From NCBI GenBank assembly GCA_903880655.1, contig CAIRQE010000106.1, forward strand, positions 1 through 62,801: a DNA stretch of 62,801 bases, written 5' to 3'. How positions within the stretch are numbered: position 1 is the first letter of the stretch; each line of letters opens with the position of its first letter. Positions 26,351 through 34,742 of the stretch are shown piece after piece. A program made the translations under genes and the position numbers. The notes under the pieces were generated by a model. The model was not told the origin of the DNA and searched no databases. It saw only the letters and a list, made by a program, of their open reading frames with translations. This stretch comes from an uncultured bacterium. GTDB taxonomy: Bacteria > Patescibacteriota > Saccharimonadia > Saccharimonadales > CAIOMD01.

Positions 26351-28171
26351 CTAACACTCTGCTAAACTTTTACCATACTTGCCTTCAGCATCTAGGGGTA
26401 GCCCAGCCATCCAAAGGGGTGTTTTAGTCATCTCTTCTATCAGAAAATCTAAAGCCTCTTGAGCCTCATCTTCTGGAGCTAGGATATATAAAGCATCATG
26501 AATAGTCAGTACAATAGGATACCGTTTATTCACTCTTACCATAGCTTCTGACATAATGCATCGGGCTGTACCCTGCACTAGATTGTTCGTTAATTTACCG
26601 CCGTATAGTCTATCATAACCATTTCTAAGTTTATATTTATATCCTCGTTCTCCTGTCTCTTTATTAACTTCATGAGCCAACTCAGGGTACTGCATGTACA
26701 TGCCTGAAGGAAACTTAATACCTTTCGTACCCTCAACAGCGAATATGTCGTTATTGCCAAAAGTAAAATTACTGTTAAGTGCCATAGCCTTAATAGCATC
26801 ACCACACTTACTCCACAGACCAGTAACACCTGTGTAAGTCGATCTATATAAGTCCACAATCTCTTGTGCATTGGGTAAGTCCTTCCCTGACCCCGCCTTC
26901 ACAGCCGCTCGTAGCTTTGCCGCCCCAACCCCAAAGATTAAACTTAACTGCGATGTCTTACCAATAAACCTCTGATCTTTAGTTACCTCATCATAAGGCA
27001 CATCAAACACCTTACTAGCAAAGTCCTTATATAAATCACCCCCTTCACCTAGTAACTTCAAAGCACTCATCTCACCTGCCACCCACATACCCACACGTAG
27101 CTCGATGTTTGATAAGTCAGCACCTACTATTACCTGCCCTTGTGGGGCTACGATGGCTTCTTTTAATATCGACCCTCTAGGTAAGTTCTGAAAGTTTACC
27201 TTCTGCCCACTACCTGCAGCCCATCTACCTGTCGCCGCCCCATAGTATTTTAGAGGGATAGGGAGGCTACCCATTCTATTAGCTATATTCATAAACCGAA
27301 TTGTTCGAGTCTCTTCTAGTGTACTCTTAACCCCCAACCTAGCTAGTGCTAGAGCTTGTACTGTAGGATTAGAATGTTCTAGTAGGGCTTTAAACCCATC
27401 ATCAGTTTTAGCAAATGCGTAGGTGTTCTCCCCTGTAGTAGGTGATACCTTCATAGGTACTTCTACCCCATGATCCTCTAACAACTTAGCAAACTTAGGG
27501 TTACTCATGAGCTCAGACTTATCTGCCGCTACAGTCGATAGCAACCTTTCTTTCTCATCCAAAACGTAGTCAAGATGGGCTTGTAGTAACAGCATATCTA
27601 CTTCCAGCTTGGCATCTGCACCCATCCTAATGGTCATGTCTATTAGGCTTAGCTCTGTCGAGTTAAAGTGGGGTGTTAGTTTCTGTAGTAACTTATAAGT
27701 TAATTCTGTGTCGTTAATACAATACTCGCCGTACCTAGCTAACTCCTCCTTAGTAAAGTCTTTACGGTATTTACCCATAGCATCAACAACCTCAGTACCC
27801 TTAACCCCCAGCTCATAATGCTCTGCCAGCTTAGCTAAGCTACCTCCTACCGATATACCATGTACAGCACGTGCCATAGATAGAGTGTCCATATACCTAG
27901 CTGGAAAGATACCAAAGTAAAGGCTAAGGATAGATGCATCAAAGAAACAGTTGTGTGCTACTAAAGTAATGTCGTTCCAATTATATCTATTAAGTATATT
28001 AGTTATCTGTAATCGACTACCTGTATGCCATGTGGTAGGGGCATCACCTAACTTAATAGATACTCCAATAACTTCAAACTCATCTCCATTTATATATTCT
28101 TCTGTGGTCAGCTTTGATAGGCTGTAGGTTTTAGAATAGAACGACTCTATATCTAATGTCATCAACTGCAT
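26351..28171 (-). CDS. family A DNA polymerase with 3'-5' exonuclease domain
   Basis: 606 aa. Exo motifs LDIESFY, HNCFFDASIL, YCINDTELTY. Pol motifs GADLSNIELRV (A), RFIGKTSQLSLIFGVG (B), LTIHDALYI (C). Confidence 0.9.
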   Translation of the reverse strand: MQLMTLDIESFYSKTYSLSKLTTEEYINGDEFEVIGVSIKLGDAPTTWHTGSRLQITNILNRYNWNDITLVAHNCFFDASILSLYFGIFPARYMDTLSMARAVHGISVGGSLAKLAEHYELGVKGTEVVDAMGKYRKDFTKEELARYGEYCINDTELTYKLLQKLTPHFNSTELSLIDMTIRMGADAKLEVDMLLLQAHLDYVLDEKERLLSTVAADKSELMSNPKFAKLLEDHGVEVPMKVSPTTGENTYAFAKTDDGFKALLEHSNPTVQALALARLGVKSTLEETRTIRFMNIANRMGSLPIPLKYYGAATGRWAAGSGQKVNFQNLPRGSILKEAIVAPQGQVIVGADLSNIELRVGMWVAGEMSALKLLGEGGDLYKDFASKVFDVPYDEVTKDQRFIGKTSQLSLIFGVGAAKLRAAVKAGSGKDLPNAQEIVDLYRSTYTGVTGLWSKCGDAIKAMALNSNFTFGNNDIFAVEGTKGIKFPSGMYMQYPELAHEVNKETGERGYKYKLRNGYDRLYGGKLTNNLVQGTARCIMSEAMVRVNKRYPIVLTIHDALYILAPEDEAQEALDFLIEEMTKTPLWMAGLPLDAEGKYGKSLAEC

Positions 28172-28692
28172 TTGTATGTCTCCCCTCGTACGATTAAGCT
28201 AATACACATTTGAGATACATTAAACTCTCTAGCTAGAGCAGTTTGCACTTCTCCTATACGATACCTAGTTCTAATGTCATCTATCTGAAGCCTGTTTAAC
28301 TTAGAGTTTACGTGCTCTTCCCCTTTTGGTTGAACTCTCCTACCCTTTTTATAAGCATCTAATTGGTTATCCCTGTAAGACCCTAAAAAGAAATGGTCTG
28401 GGTTACAGCACTTCCTGTTATCACACTTATGTAGTACATGCGTTACTGCCCTATGTGATTTTGGGGCTGACATACTATCTACTAACCCTTTAAGATATGC
28501 TGCTACTCTATGAGCAGTGTAAAGCTTGCCATGCCACGCCACAGTACCGTACCCTATATTATTTAAACTCCCTTGCCATTCCCAACACCCTGCTCCTTGT
28601 GTATCTACCCGCCCCCAAAATGATTCTGCTGTTTGCTTAACCATTCTGATCCATCGTGAACTACAGGAAAGTAAACATACAAAGTAGTCCAA
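28162..28692 (-). CDS. HNH homing endonuclease (free-standing)
   Basis: HVLHKCDNRKCCNPDHFFLGSYRDNQ is an HNH core, with a C-terminal HTH-like tail. Probable start MVKQTAESFWG at 28644. The 3' end overlaps the polymerase start by 10 nt. Confidence 0.7.
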   Translation of the reverse strand: MDYFVCLLSCSSRWIRMVKQTAESFWGRVDTQGAGCWEWQGSLNNIGYGTVAWHGKLYTAHRVAAYLKGLVDSMSAPKSHRAVTHVLHKCDNRKCCNPDHFFLGSYRDNQLDAYKKGRRVQPKGEEHVNSKLNRLQIDDIRTRYRIGEVQTALAREFNVSQMCISLIVRGETYKCS

Positions 28693-28847
28693 AGAGTAAA
28701 CGGTAATCCTTCTGGCATACCTAAACCATCATAAAATTCAATATCTAATTCTTCTTCGGTTAAAGTGCAGACATAATTGTTAATATCCTTATCTTCATTG
28801 TCTATCATTCTTACCAGTATTTCTTTACGCCAAGTTGTATAACTCAT
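28605..28847 (-). CDS. hypothetical protein (80 aa)
   Basis: ORF in operon register. The 3' end overlaps the HNH gene start. Confidence 0.4.
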   Translation of the reverse strand: MSYTTWRKEILVRMIDNEDKDINNYVCTLTEEELDIEFYDGLGMPEGLPFTLWTTLYVYFPVVHDGSEWLSKQQNHFGGG

Positions 28848-29086
28848 ATTTCATCTCCAATGCCGTGTATAGATTCTATACGTCTAGCAAAATCAATAGG
28901 ATTTCCGCACCACATAGTATTTAAATCTTCAAAACTCAAAGGCTCACGTTTTGGCGGTGCTGTGTAGAGTGGTATCACTTCAAATATTTCCCTGTGGTAC
29001 AAAAAGGGTGTTAAATCAGATACTTGTGTTCTATATCCTGTTTCCTTATTAACTATTATCCATGCTTCAGGTTGCTGTTCACTCAT
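28844..29086 (-). CDS. hypothetical protein with IPLYTAPPKREPLS motif
   Basis: 80 aa. Shares a 33-bp identical DNA block with the gene at 29527-29910. Confidence 0.5.
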   Translation of the reverse strand: MSEQQPEAWIIVNKETGYRTQVSDLTPFLYHREIFEVIPLYTAPPKREPLSFEDLNTMWCGNPIDFARRIESIHGIGDEI

Positions 29087-29421
29087 TTCTCTTCTCCTTT
29101 ATTTGTCCAACCTAAAACTCTAAATAGTTTCTTAGCAGCTACATCAGCAGTAAATAAACTCTCTTCATTTGACTCTTTATAAAATCTAAAGCTTATCCCG
29201 TAAGTTTTTCGTTCGGCATCGTATCTTTCTTTAATACCGTTATGTATCTCTATACCAGCTGCATCAGCAAACTCTCTCAATGCCCATATAACTGTATGAA
29301 GCTCACGTTGTTTAAATCCTTGTAGTCCTAGTGTTTTTAGCTCTTTACTCATCGCATCCACACATTTAGTAACATTACCAACAAAATAAAAACACCGTTC
29401 AACGGTAGTAAATGTAAACAT
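29083..29421 (-). CDS. hypothetical protein (112 aa; may start at 29352, giving 89 aa)
   Basis: An internal ATG at 29352 forms an ATGA overlap with the alternative upstream ORF 29349-29534. Confidence 0.5.
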   Translation of the reverse strand: MFTFTTVERCFYFVGNVTKCVDAMSKELKTLGLQGFKQRELHTVIWALREFADAAGIEIHNGIKERYDAERKTYGISFRFYKESNEESLFTADVAAKKLFRVLGWTNKGEEK

Positions 29422-29534
29422 AGGTTTCCTAATTTATCGTATCTTTTATCGTAACAAAACAATACTCCTAGTCCAAAAACAAAATTAAGTGTCAAACTTG
29501 TAAAGAAAAGTTTTTCTATCAAGACATCACTCAT
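29349..29534 (-). CDS. possible small two-TM membrane protein (61 aa)
   Basis: MSDVLIEKLFFTSLTLNFVFGLGVLFCY..LLPLNGVFILLVMLLNVW. Start and stop both overlap neighbouring genes, filling an otherwise 105-nt gap. Confidence 0.3.
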   Translation of the reverse strand: MSDVLIEKLFFTSLTLNFVFGLGVLFCYDKRYDKLGNLCLHLLPLNGVFILLVMLLNVWMR

Positions 29535-29910
29535 TCCCCACCTCCAACACCGTGTGCTTTTCTGCATCTCTAAACCCCCACATATACTCTTGTTTATCCA
29601 TTGCAAATGCGTGTTTGCTGTACATTATTTCTAGCTTTTCATCACTCAAAGGCTCACGTTTTGGCGGTGCTGTGTATAGAGGTATCCAAGATTTATCATA
29701 AAGCCAGTCTTTCATTTCAAAGCTAGTTAATAAATCTTGCACTTTCCCTTCAACCATTTGACACCAAGCCACAGGCTTTTGCTCTTGCTCTTGCTCTTGC
29801 TCAGGTTGGGCTAGGAGGTATTTAATATCAGAACCAAAACCAAAATCGTTTTCAACATCAGTTTCTAAAAATGCTAATACTTTTTTCAACAACTCTCTTT
29901 CTCTACTCAT
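29527..29910 (-). CDS. hypothetical protein, paralogue carrying IPLYTAPPKREPLS
   Basis: Start taken at MSRERELL (TGATG overlap with the upstream stop). Contains a (EQ)3 run and the shared PLYTAPP block. Confidence 0.5.
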   Translation of the reverse strand: MSRERELLKKVLAFLETDVENDFGFGSDIKYLLAQPEQEQEQEQKPVAWCQMVEGKVQDLLTSFEMKDWLYDKSWIPLYTAPPKREPLSDEKLEIMYSKHAFAMDKQEYMWGFRDAEKHTVLEVGNE

Positions 29911-30107
29911 CACACACCCCACTCAATAAAAAAGTCACATATCTCGTCATCATCTATTTCTTTCTTTACGTCCATGTGCCACACGTAGTTCTGTGTGTCT
30001 ATCTCAATGGTCAGGTATCTCTGACATAGGTTCTTCTGGTTGCAGTTAGTACCCATACATCTGGCACTGGTTGTTGGCAGTGGATACTGCATTTGGTGTA
30101 GTTTCAT
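29910..30107 (-). CDS. hypothetical Cys-containing protein (65 aa)
   Basis: ORF in operon register. Confidence 0.45.
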   Translation of the reverse strand: MKLHQMQYPLPTTSARCMGTNCNQKNLCQRYLTIEIDTQNYVWHMDVKKEIDDDEICDFFIEWGV

Positions 30108-30253
30108 TTTTTATCCCCCCAAAGGTTAAACAGCTCTCCGAATAATGTTATAGGTAAAAACACAGCTATAAAGATACTGCTTACTACGAACACCACCCCT
30201 ACTAACAACCAAAAGCACAGCCCTTCTAACTTACTTGTACCTTTCGCATACAT
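30104..30253 (-). CDS. possible single-TM micro-protein (49 aa)
   Basis: [49 protein letters not shown]. The stop forms ATGA with the next start. Below the ORF-track size cut-off. Confidence 0.3.
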   Translation of the reverse strand: MYAKGTSKLEGLCFWLLVGVVFVVSSIFIAVFLPITLFGELFNLWGDKK

Positions 30254-30554
30254 TTTCCTCACCATTTGACATTCTCCTCAAGTGCTCAACTAATTTATCT
30301 ACGTTCGTAGCGTTTATGCAGATGCCAGCCCCACCACTCTGAATGATTCTATCTAGCTCACGTTGTTGGATTGCCGTAGGCTTTAAGTCGTTTGCCTTAC
30401 ACTCAATAGCTAAGAACTTACCCTGCACACAACATATTATATCTGGTATAGCTGACCTGCCATACCCATTAGCCGCTGGAAAGAAGTGCCATACATCTGC
30501 ATCAATTAGTGCCTTCTTAACTTTATCTTTAACCTCACCTTCTTTAGTCCTCAT
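30231..30554 (-). CDS. VRR-NUC domain nuclease (PD-(D/E)XK; Holliday-junction-resolvase-like)
   Basis: 107 aa. [23 protein letters not shown] core. Confidence 0.75.
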   Translation of the reverse strand: MRTKEGEVKDKVKKALIDADVWHFFPAANGYGRSAIPDIICCVQGKFLAIECKANDLKPTAIQQRELDRIIQSGGAGICINATNVDKLVEHLRRMSNGEENVCERYK

Positions 30555-31236
30555 CTACAAGCTCCTTACTACTTCTGTATTCTAAAAACGCTAAGTCATC
30601 TGCTATTTTTTCTTCTGCTATTTTTGTAGCACTCCAAATGCGGGACATGTCAACTTCGTCCTCCCCCAAACAAACACGAACTCTATTAAATCTAGAAGGG
30701 TGTCTTAGCTTCCTAAGAGCCTTAGCTTCTATCTGTCTTACACGTTCTCTTGTTACTCCTATTACGTCTCCCACCTGCTCTAATGATAGAGGGTCTCCTT
30801 CAAACCCAAACCTTAACTTTAATACATTAGATTCTCTAGGGGTTAGTTTTGTGTCTAAGGTAAAGTCTATAACCTCTTTTAATTGGTCGTTCTCAAGATT
30901 TAGTATAGGGTCAGAGATATTCTCAAGTCGTGTTAGCTCATGGTAAGAATACTCAAGTTCTCGTGTATTAGACTCTATAGGGGTAAGCTGCTCTAACGAC
31001 CACACTTCATCAAGACTTTTACCAAAGTAAGAGCATATCTTCTGTGCTGTTTCTTTTACAATACCTTTTGGGTTTAAGGGAGATTCAGACATATTGATAT
31101 ACCCACTTAACACAGAATATGAAATACCCGCCTCCTTAGCCGCCACATACCCAGCTACTCCTTTAGCCTCAATCAATTTAAGTATATTGTTATTCCTTAC
31201 TCGTACCGTTACTCGGTAATCTTTATGCTCATTCAT
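30544..31236 (-). CDS. sigma-70 region-4-containing transcription factor with N-terminal HTH
   Basis: [47 protein letters not shown] is a canonical region 4. The N-terminal [21 protein letters not shown] is XRE-like. No clear region 2 seen. Confidence 0.6.
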   Translation of the reverse strand: MNEHKDYRVTVRVRNNNILKLIEAKGVAGYVAAKEAGISYSVLSGYINMSESPLNPKGIVKETAQKICSYFGKSLDEVWSLEQLTPIESNTRELEYSYHELTRLENISDPILNLENDQLKEVIDFTLDTKLTPRESNVLKLRFGFEGDPLSLEQVGDVIGVTRERVRQIEAKALRKLRHPSRFNRVRVCLGEDEVDMSRIWSATKIAEEKIADDLAFLEYRSSKELVDED

Positions 31237-31477
31237 CTGTAAATTCTCCTACATCTATATAGTCCCCTATACGTGGTGGGGATTCGCCTGTCGCCTTAAG
31301 CCAGTAGTCTAGCATCTCGATGCCTTCTAACCACCCTGCTGGTGGGGCTTTAGTTTCTTGTTTAACACAACTCAGTGTACCCATAGCTGTATCAGTCTTT
31401 CTAGCTATATCAGCTAGAGTGTGTCCTCTCTTGTACAACACTTTTAACATCAACGCGAAGTCAAGCTGTCTAACCAT
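31229..31477 (-). CDS. small HTH protein (82 aa)
   Basis: [25 protein letters not shown] fits an HTH. Confidence 0.45.
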   Translation of the reverse strand: MVRQLDFALMLKVLYKRGHTLADIARKTDTAMGTLSCVKQETKAPPAGWLEGIEMLDYWLKATGESPPRIGDYIDVGEFTDE

Positions 31478-32145
31478 AAACCCCTCAATCTAGTTCGTTC
31501 TTTATCACAGTGAGCTATTACTTTTTTATTCTTACGCATGAAATTAACTATGTGTACTGCATCTCCTGATAATGTTATGCGGGCTTTCTTATGTGCTGAC
31601 GGGTCAAATGCTAATAGGTCTACAATATAGGGGAGCCAGCCATCTATCTCTTCCTTGTTATATAACTTACTGCCATCTAGCCTAGTGTACATATGGGCTG
31701 GCATCATATACCGCTTATCCTTTGCCACCCTAGAACGTAGCCTCTCGTATGTTATACCTATCATCTTGGCTATATCTATCATGGTATAAGCATTGTTATC
31801 CCCCTCAAGTGGTGCTACATACGTAGGCTTGGTACGTCTAGGCACTCTTTTGCGTTTGATTGGAGCGGGCTCGACAGGTTTAAAGGAAACAGGTTTCGGG
31901 TTCAGAGTCATTTGAGCTTGTACCTCCTCCATTTTTAACGCACGTTTGTTTTCGTTAAGCCGCTCTTTATTCTTGTGGTAATACTCTAAAGCTTTCGCCC
32001 TATACTTTTCTCTATTGAGCTGATAATAATCTTTGCGGTATTGCATATCTGTGGTATCTTTATCTTGCATAATGTGTTTCCTTTTATTGTTATTGGTTGG
32101 GTTGGTTTTGCGTTCATAGGGGTTACGGTAAATACGTAACCCCAT
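31450..32145 (-). CDS. basic DNA-binding-like protein (HTH); likely true start MQDKD at 32070
   Basis: Lys/Arg-rich N-terminal half. MIDIAKMIGITYERLRSRV is HTH-like. Confidence 0.45.
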   Translation of the reverse strand: MGLRIYRNPYERKTNPTNNNKRKHIMQDKDTTDMQYRKDYYQLNREKYRAKALEYYHKNKERLNENKRALKMEEVQAQMTLNPKPVSFKPVEPAPIKRKRVPRRTKPTYVAPLEGDNNAYTMIDIAKMIGITYERLRSRVAKDKRYMMPAHMYTRLDGSKLYNKEEIDGWLPYIVDLLAFDPSAHKKARITLSGDAVHIVNFMRKNKKVIAHCDKERTRLRGLWLDSLTSR

Positions 32146-32237
32146 TTTTTAATGAACACCCTTTACTACATCTACCAATATAATTAATACTTGTCCTACG
32201 ATTACAACTATTCCCAAGCTATACCAAACTATCTTGT

Positions 32238-32453
32238 TCATAGCTGATTCACCACATAAGTATACTCGTCTATCCGCATACCAATACCTTGTACATGCTC
32301 CCCATGAGGGCTTAACTTAAGTAGTGCCACCCTCTCTGGCACTGGGGGGTCTAGCTCAGAGACATCACTAAACGATATGACATCTCCCTCCTTCAGAACC
32401 ACGTTATCTAAATGAGTAGCTTTCTTGGAAGTTAAATCTATTCGTATTGTCAT
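32238..32453 (-). CDS. hypothetical protein (71 aa)
   Basis: ORF abuts the upstream HNH-AP2 stop. Confidence 0.4.
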   Translation of the reverse strand: MTIRIDLTSKKATHLDNVVLKEGDVISFSDVSELDPPVPERVALLKLSPHGEHVQGIGMRIDEYTYVVNQL

Positions 32454-32939
32454 CTAACCCCTCCTAAAGTCATGTAACTCAAGCTTAGCCTTAACGTAAG
32501 CATCTCTAGCTTCTTCTTTTGTTTTATAGGTACCTAAGCAGTATGCTTTACCTTGTACATTTATCCTTGCGGCATAGCTACCAGACCTAGTTAAAGTTAC
32601 CCCCGTATATCCAGAAGTATTTCTTACATTAATCTTATGGTTTTGTTGTTGCTGGCTACGGGTAGCTTCTCTCAGGTTACACCATCTATTATCATTACGT
32701 ACCCCATTAATATGGTCTATATGTAAAGTAGGAAATACCCCTGTCATAACAAGCCACGCTAATCTGTGCGCCCTATAGTTAACTTTACCAACATGAACAT
32801 AGTCGTACCCATGGCTATCTGTTGATGTTGCTCTACTTCCAGCGGGTATTCTCCCCCATCTACCCATTTTATGTACCCATATAAAGGCTCCAGTTTCAGG
32901 GTCATAATGCAGTTTTTTAATAGCTTCTTCGTAGGTCAT
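32454..32939 (-). CDS. HNH-AP2 homing endonuclease
   Basis: HYDPETGAFIW, AHRLAW and HIDHINGVRNDNRWCNLR (HNH), followed by GYTGV..YAARI..LGTYKTKEEA (AP2-like). Confidence 0.8.
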   Translation of the reverse strand: MTYEEAIKKLHYDPETGAFIWVHKMGRWGRIPAGSRATSTDSHGYDYVHVGKVNYRAHRLAWLVMTGVFPTLHIDHINGVRNDNRWCNLREATRSQQQQNHKINVRNTSGYTGVTLTRSGSYAARINVQGKAYCLGTYKTKEEARDAYVKAKLELHDFRRG

Positions 32940-34099
32940 TAGTCTATCCTTATAGTGGAACCAAATGGAGGTACAGTAGTCTTATTGCCTACCATTACCC
33001 ATAGAACAGGATAAGGGGGAGTATTTTTTGGATACTCAATCCATCCGTCTGTTATAAGTATACACACAACTGGATTACTTTTCATATCTTTTTCTACATA
33101 GTCAAATACACACAGGGAACTAGAGCCCCCTCCACCTTTAGGCTTGGTAGATGTGAGTAACCCACTGTAATTCTCTTCACGATACTGCTCGTGAGCGGCA
33201 ACCTCTGTATCCCAGTAAAGTAAATCTACTTTTTCGGGAGTTGTATTATCACATATACTAACTAACTCTGCCAATGCTTTTGCAATATCTTCGCCTGGTA
33301 TACTGCCTGATGTATCTATACCTACACAGATACTACCAATGCTCTCACTGATTTGACTAGGCATGTACACATCATGCTGTAACCAACGTCTATTAGGCTT
33401 AGCCCATGTGCTATCCCCCTTACCTGCACATACTGTCGATACGAACTCACGTAACTGCTCAGCCCAATTAACCTTAGACTGCATCACAGCATCAAAGCTA
33501 CGGTCTACCTCACCCCCCTGCTTACCTGCTAACAGTGCACCAGTACGTACAGCACTATCTATCTCCTTAGCTAACGCCTCCTTCTCTGCCTCGTCTAAAC
33601 TCTTAGCACCGTCCCAGTCATGCTCGTCCAGTGGCTTACCGCCGTTGCCCTTACCGTTCTTCTTATCTTCCTTCAACCTAGCGAACACCTCGCCGCTATC
33701 TAGCCCTCGATACATCTCGTCTACTAACCCTCCCTCTGGCATAACAAGGAAGTCGCCCCACTTGTTAAGGTCTTGTATCTCTAGGTTGATAACGTAATCA
33801 CATGCTTGGTTGGCTAACCAAGCATCTTCCTCATGAATCTTACGCCATACAAATAGATGCTGATATAACTTGTGCTTGGTCTCATGTAGTATAAGAAACC
33901 GTAACTCACTATCCTTAAGGCTCTCAACGAAAGCCCTACCATATGTAACATCACGCCCATTGGTACTTGCTGTAGGGCAGTCATCTTTCACCTCTATCTT
34001 ACCTACCATTAACAACCCTGAGTATGCTAGGGTACGCTTGTCTTGCATCAATGAAATATGGGCACGAGTCAACCTATCCTCTGCACTTAAATTAGACAT
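32939..34099 (-). CDS. VWA-domain protein with N-terminal HExxH metallopeptidase-like domain
   Basis: LILHETKHKLYQH (HExxH) and the MIDAS-like GIDTSGSI. Partner of the AAA+ ATPase upstream. Confidence 0.75.
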   Translation of the reverse strand: MSNLSAEDRLTRAHISLMQDKRTLAYSGLLMVGKIEVKDDCPTASTNGRDVTYGRAFVESLKDSELRFLILHETKHKLYQHLFVWRKIHEEDAWLANQACDYVINLEIQDLNKWGDFLVMPEGGLVDEMYRGLDSGEVFARLKEDKKNGKGNGGKPLDEHDWDGAKSLDEAEKEALAKEIDSAVRTGALLAGKQGGEVDRSFDAVMQSKVNWAEQLREFVSTVCAGKGDSTWAKPNRRWLQHDVYMPSQISESIGSICVGIDTSGSIPGEDIAKALAELVSICDNTTPEKVDLLYWDTEVAAHEQYREENYSGLLTSTKPKGGGGSSSLCVFDYVEKDMKSNPVVCILITDGWIEYPKNTPPYPVLWVMVGNKTTVPPFGSTIRID

Positions 34100-34184
34100 T
34101 TTAATTCTCCAATATACAGCCCCTGTAAAGGCAGGGGCGAAGCCTTATATGTAGTACGCTGGTACTACGCCTGATAACTGTTCC

Positions 34185-34646
34185 TTATTTACTCTCTACC
34201 CAGAATGGGTGATGTTCTCTCTTAGCACATAGATATACATCTCGTGCCTCCTCTGGTGTATCGTAGTAACCTAAGAACTTATTTACACCTTTTATTGATA
34301 TGGCTGCTTGCCATTTACCTCTAGTCGTACTCCAGCTCATTCCTTTACAAGTACTATTGTTTTGTCCGTTCTCCTTGTCAGTATCTAATCTAAGATTGCA
34401 TATTCTATTGTCGTCTTTAGCTTCATTAATATGGTCTATAGAATATAGGGGTGGTACCCCATGATAGAAGTACCATGCTAGTCTATGAGCTAAGTACCTC
34501 TTAGTTTTATATTGGATATACACGTACCCATTTTTAGCTTTATGTCCTGCTATTTTATTTAGTTTATTCTGTCTACCTGTATTCCTTACCCAAGTAAACA
34601 GTCCAGTCTCAGGGTCATAGGATAAATAATCTTTGATGTCTAACAT
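34185..34646 (-). CDS. HNH-AP2 homing endonuclease (paralogue of 32454-32939)
   Basis: SYDPETGLFTW, AHRLAW, SIDHINEAKDDNRICNLR, then GMSW..WQAAI..LGYYDTPEEA. Confidence 0.8.
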   Translation of the reverse strand: MLDIKDYLSYDPETGLFTWVRNTGRQNKLNKIAGHKAKNGYVYIQYKTKRYLAHRLAWYFYHGVPPLYSIDHINEAKDDNRICNLRLDTDKENGQNNSTCKGMSWSTTRGKWQAAISIKGVNKFLGYYDTPEEARDVYLCAKREHHPFWVESK

Positions 34647-34742
34647 GATACCTCCAGTTAAGGTCAGTGAAAATGGGTGGTCAACGCTTACTGAAGGCGT
34701 GTTCGGTTTGCATACCTAGACCACAAAACCATTATACCATAA

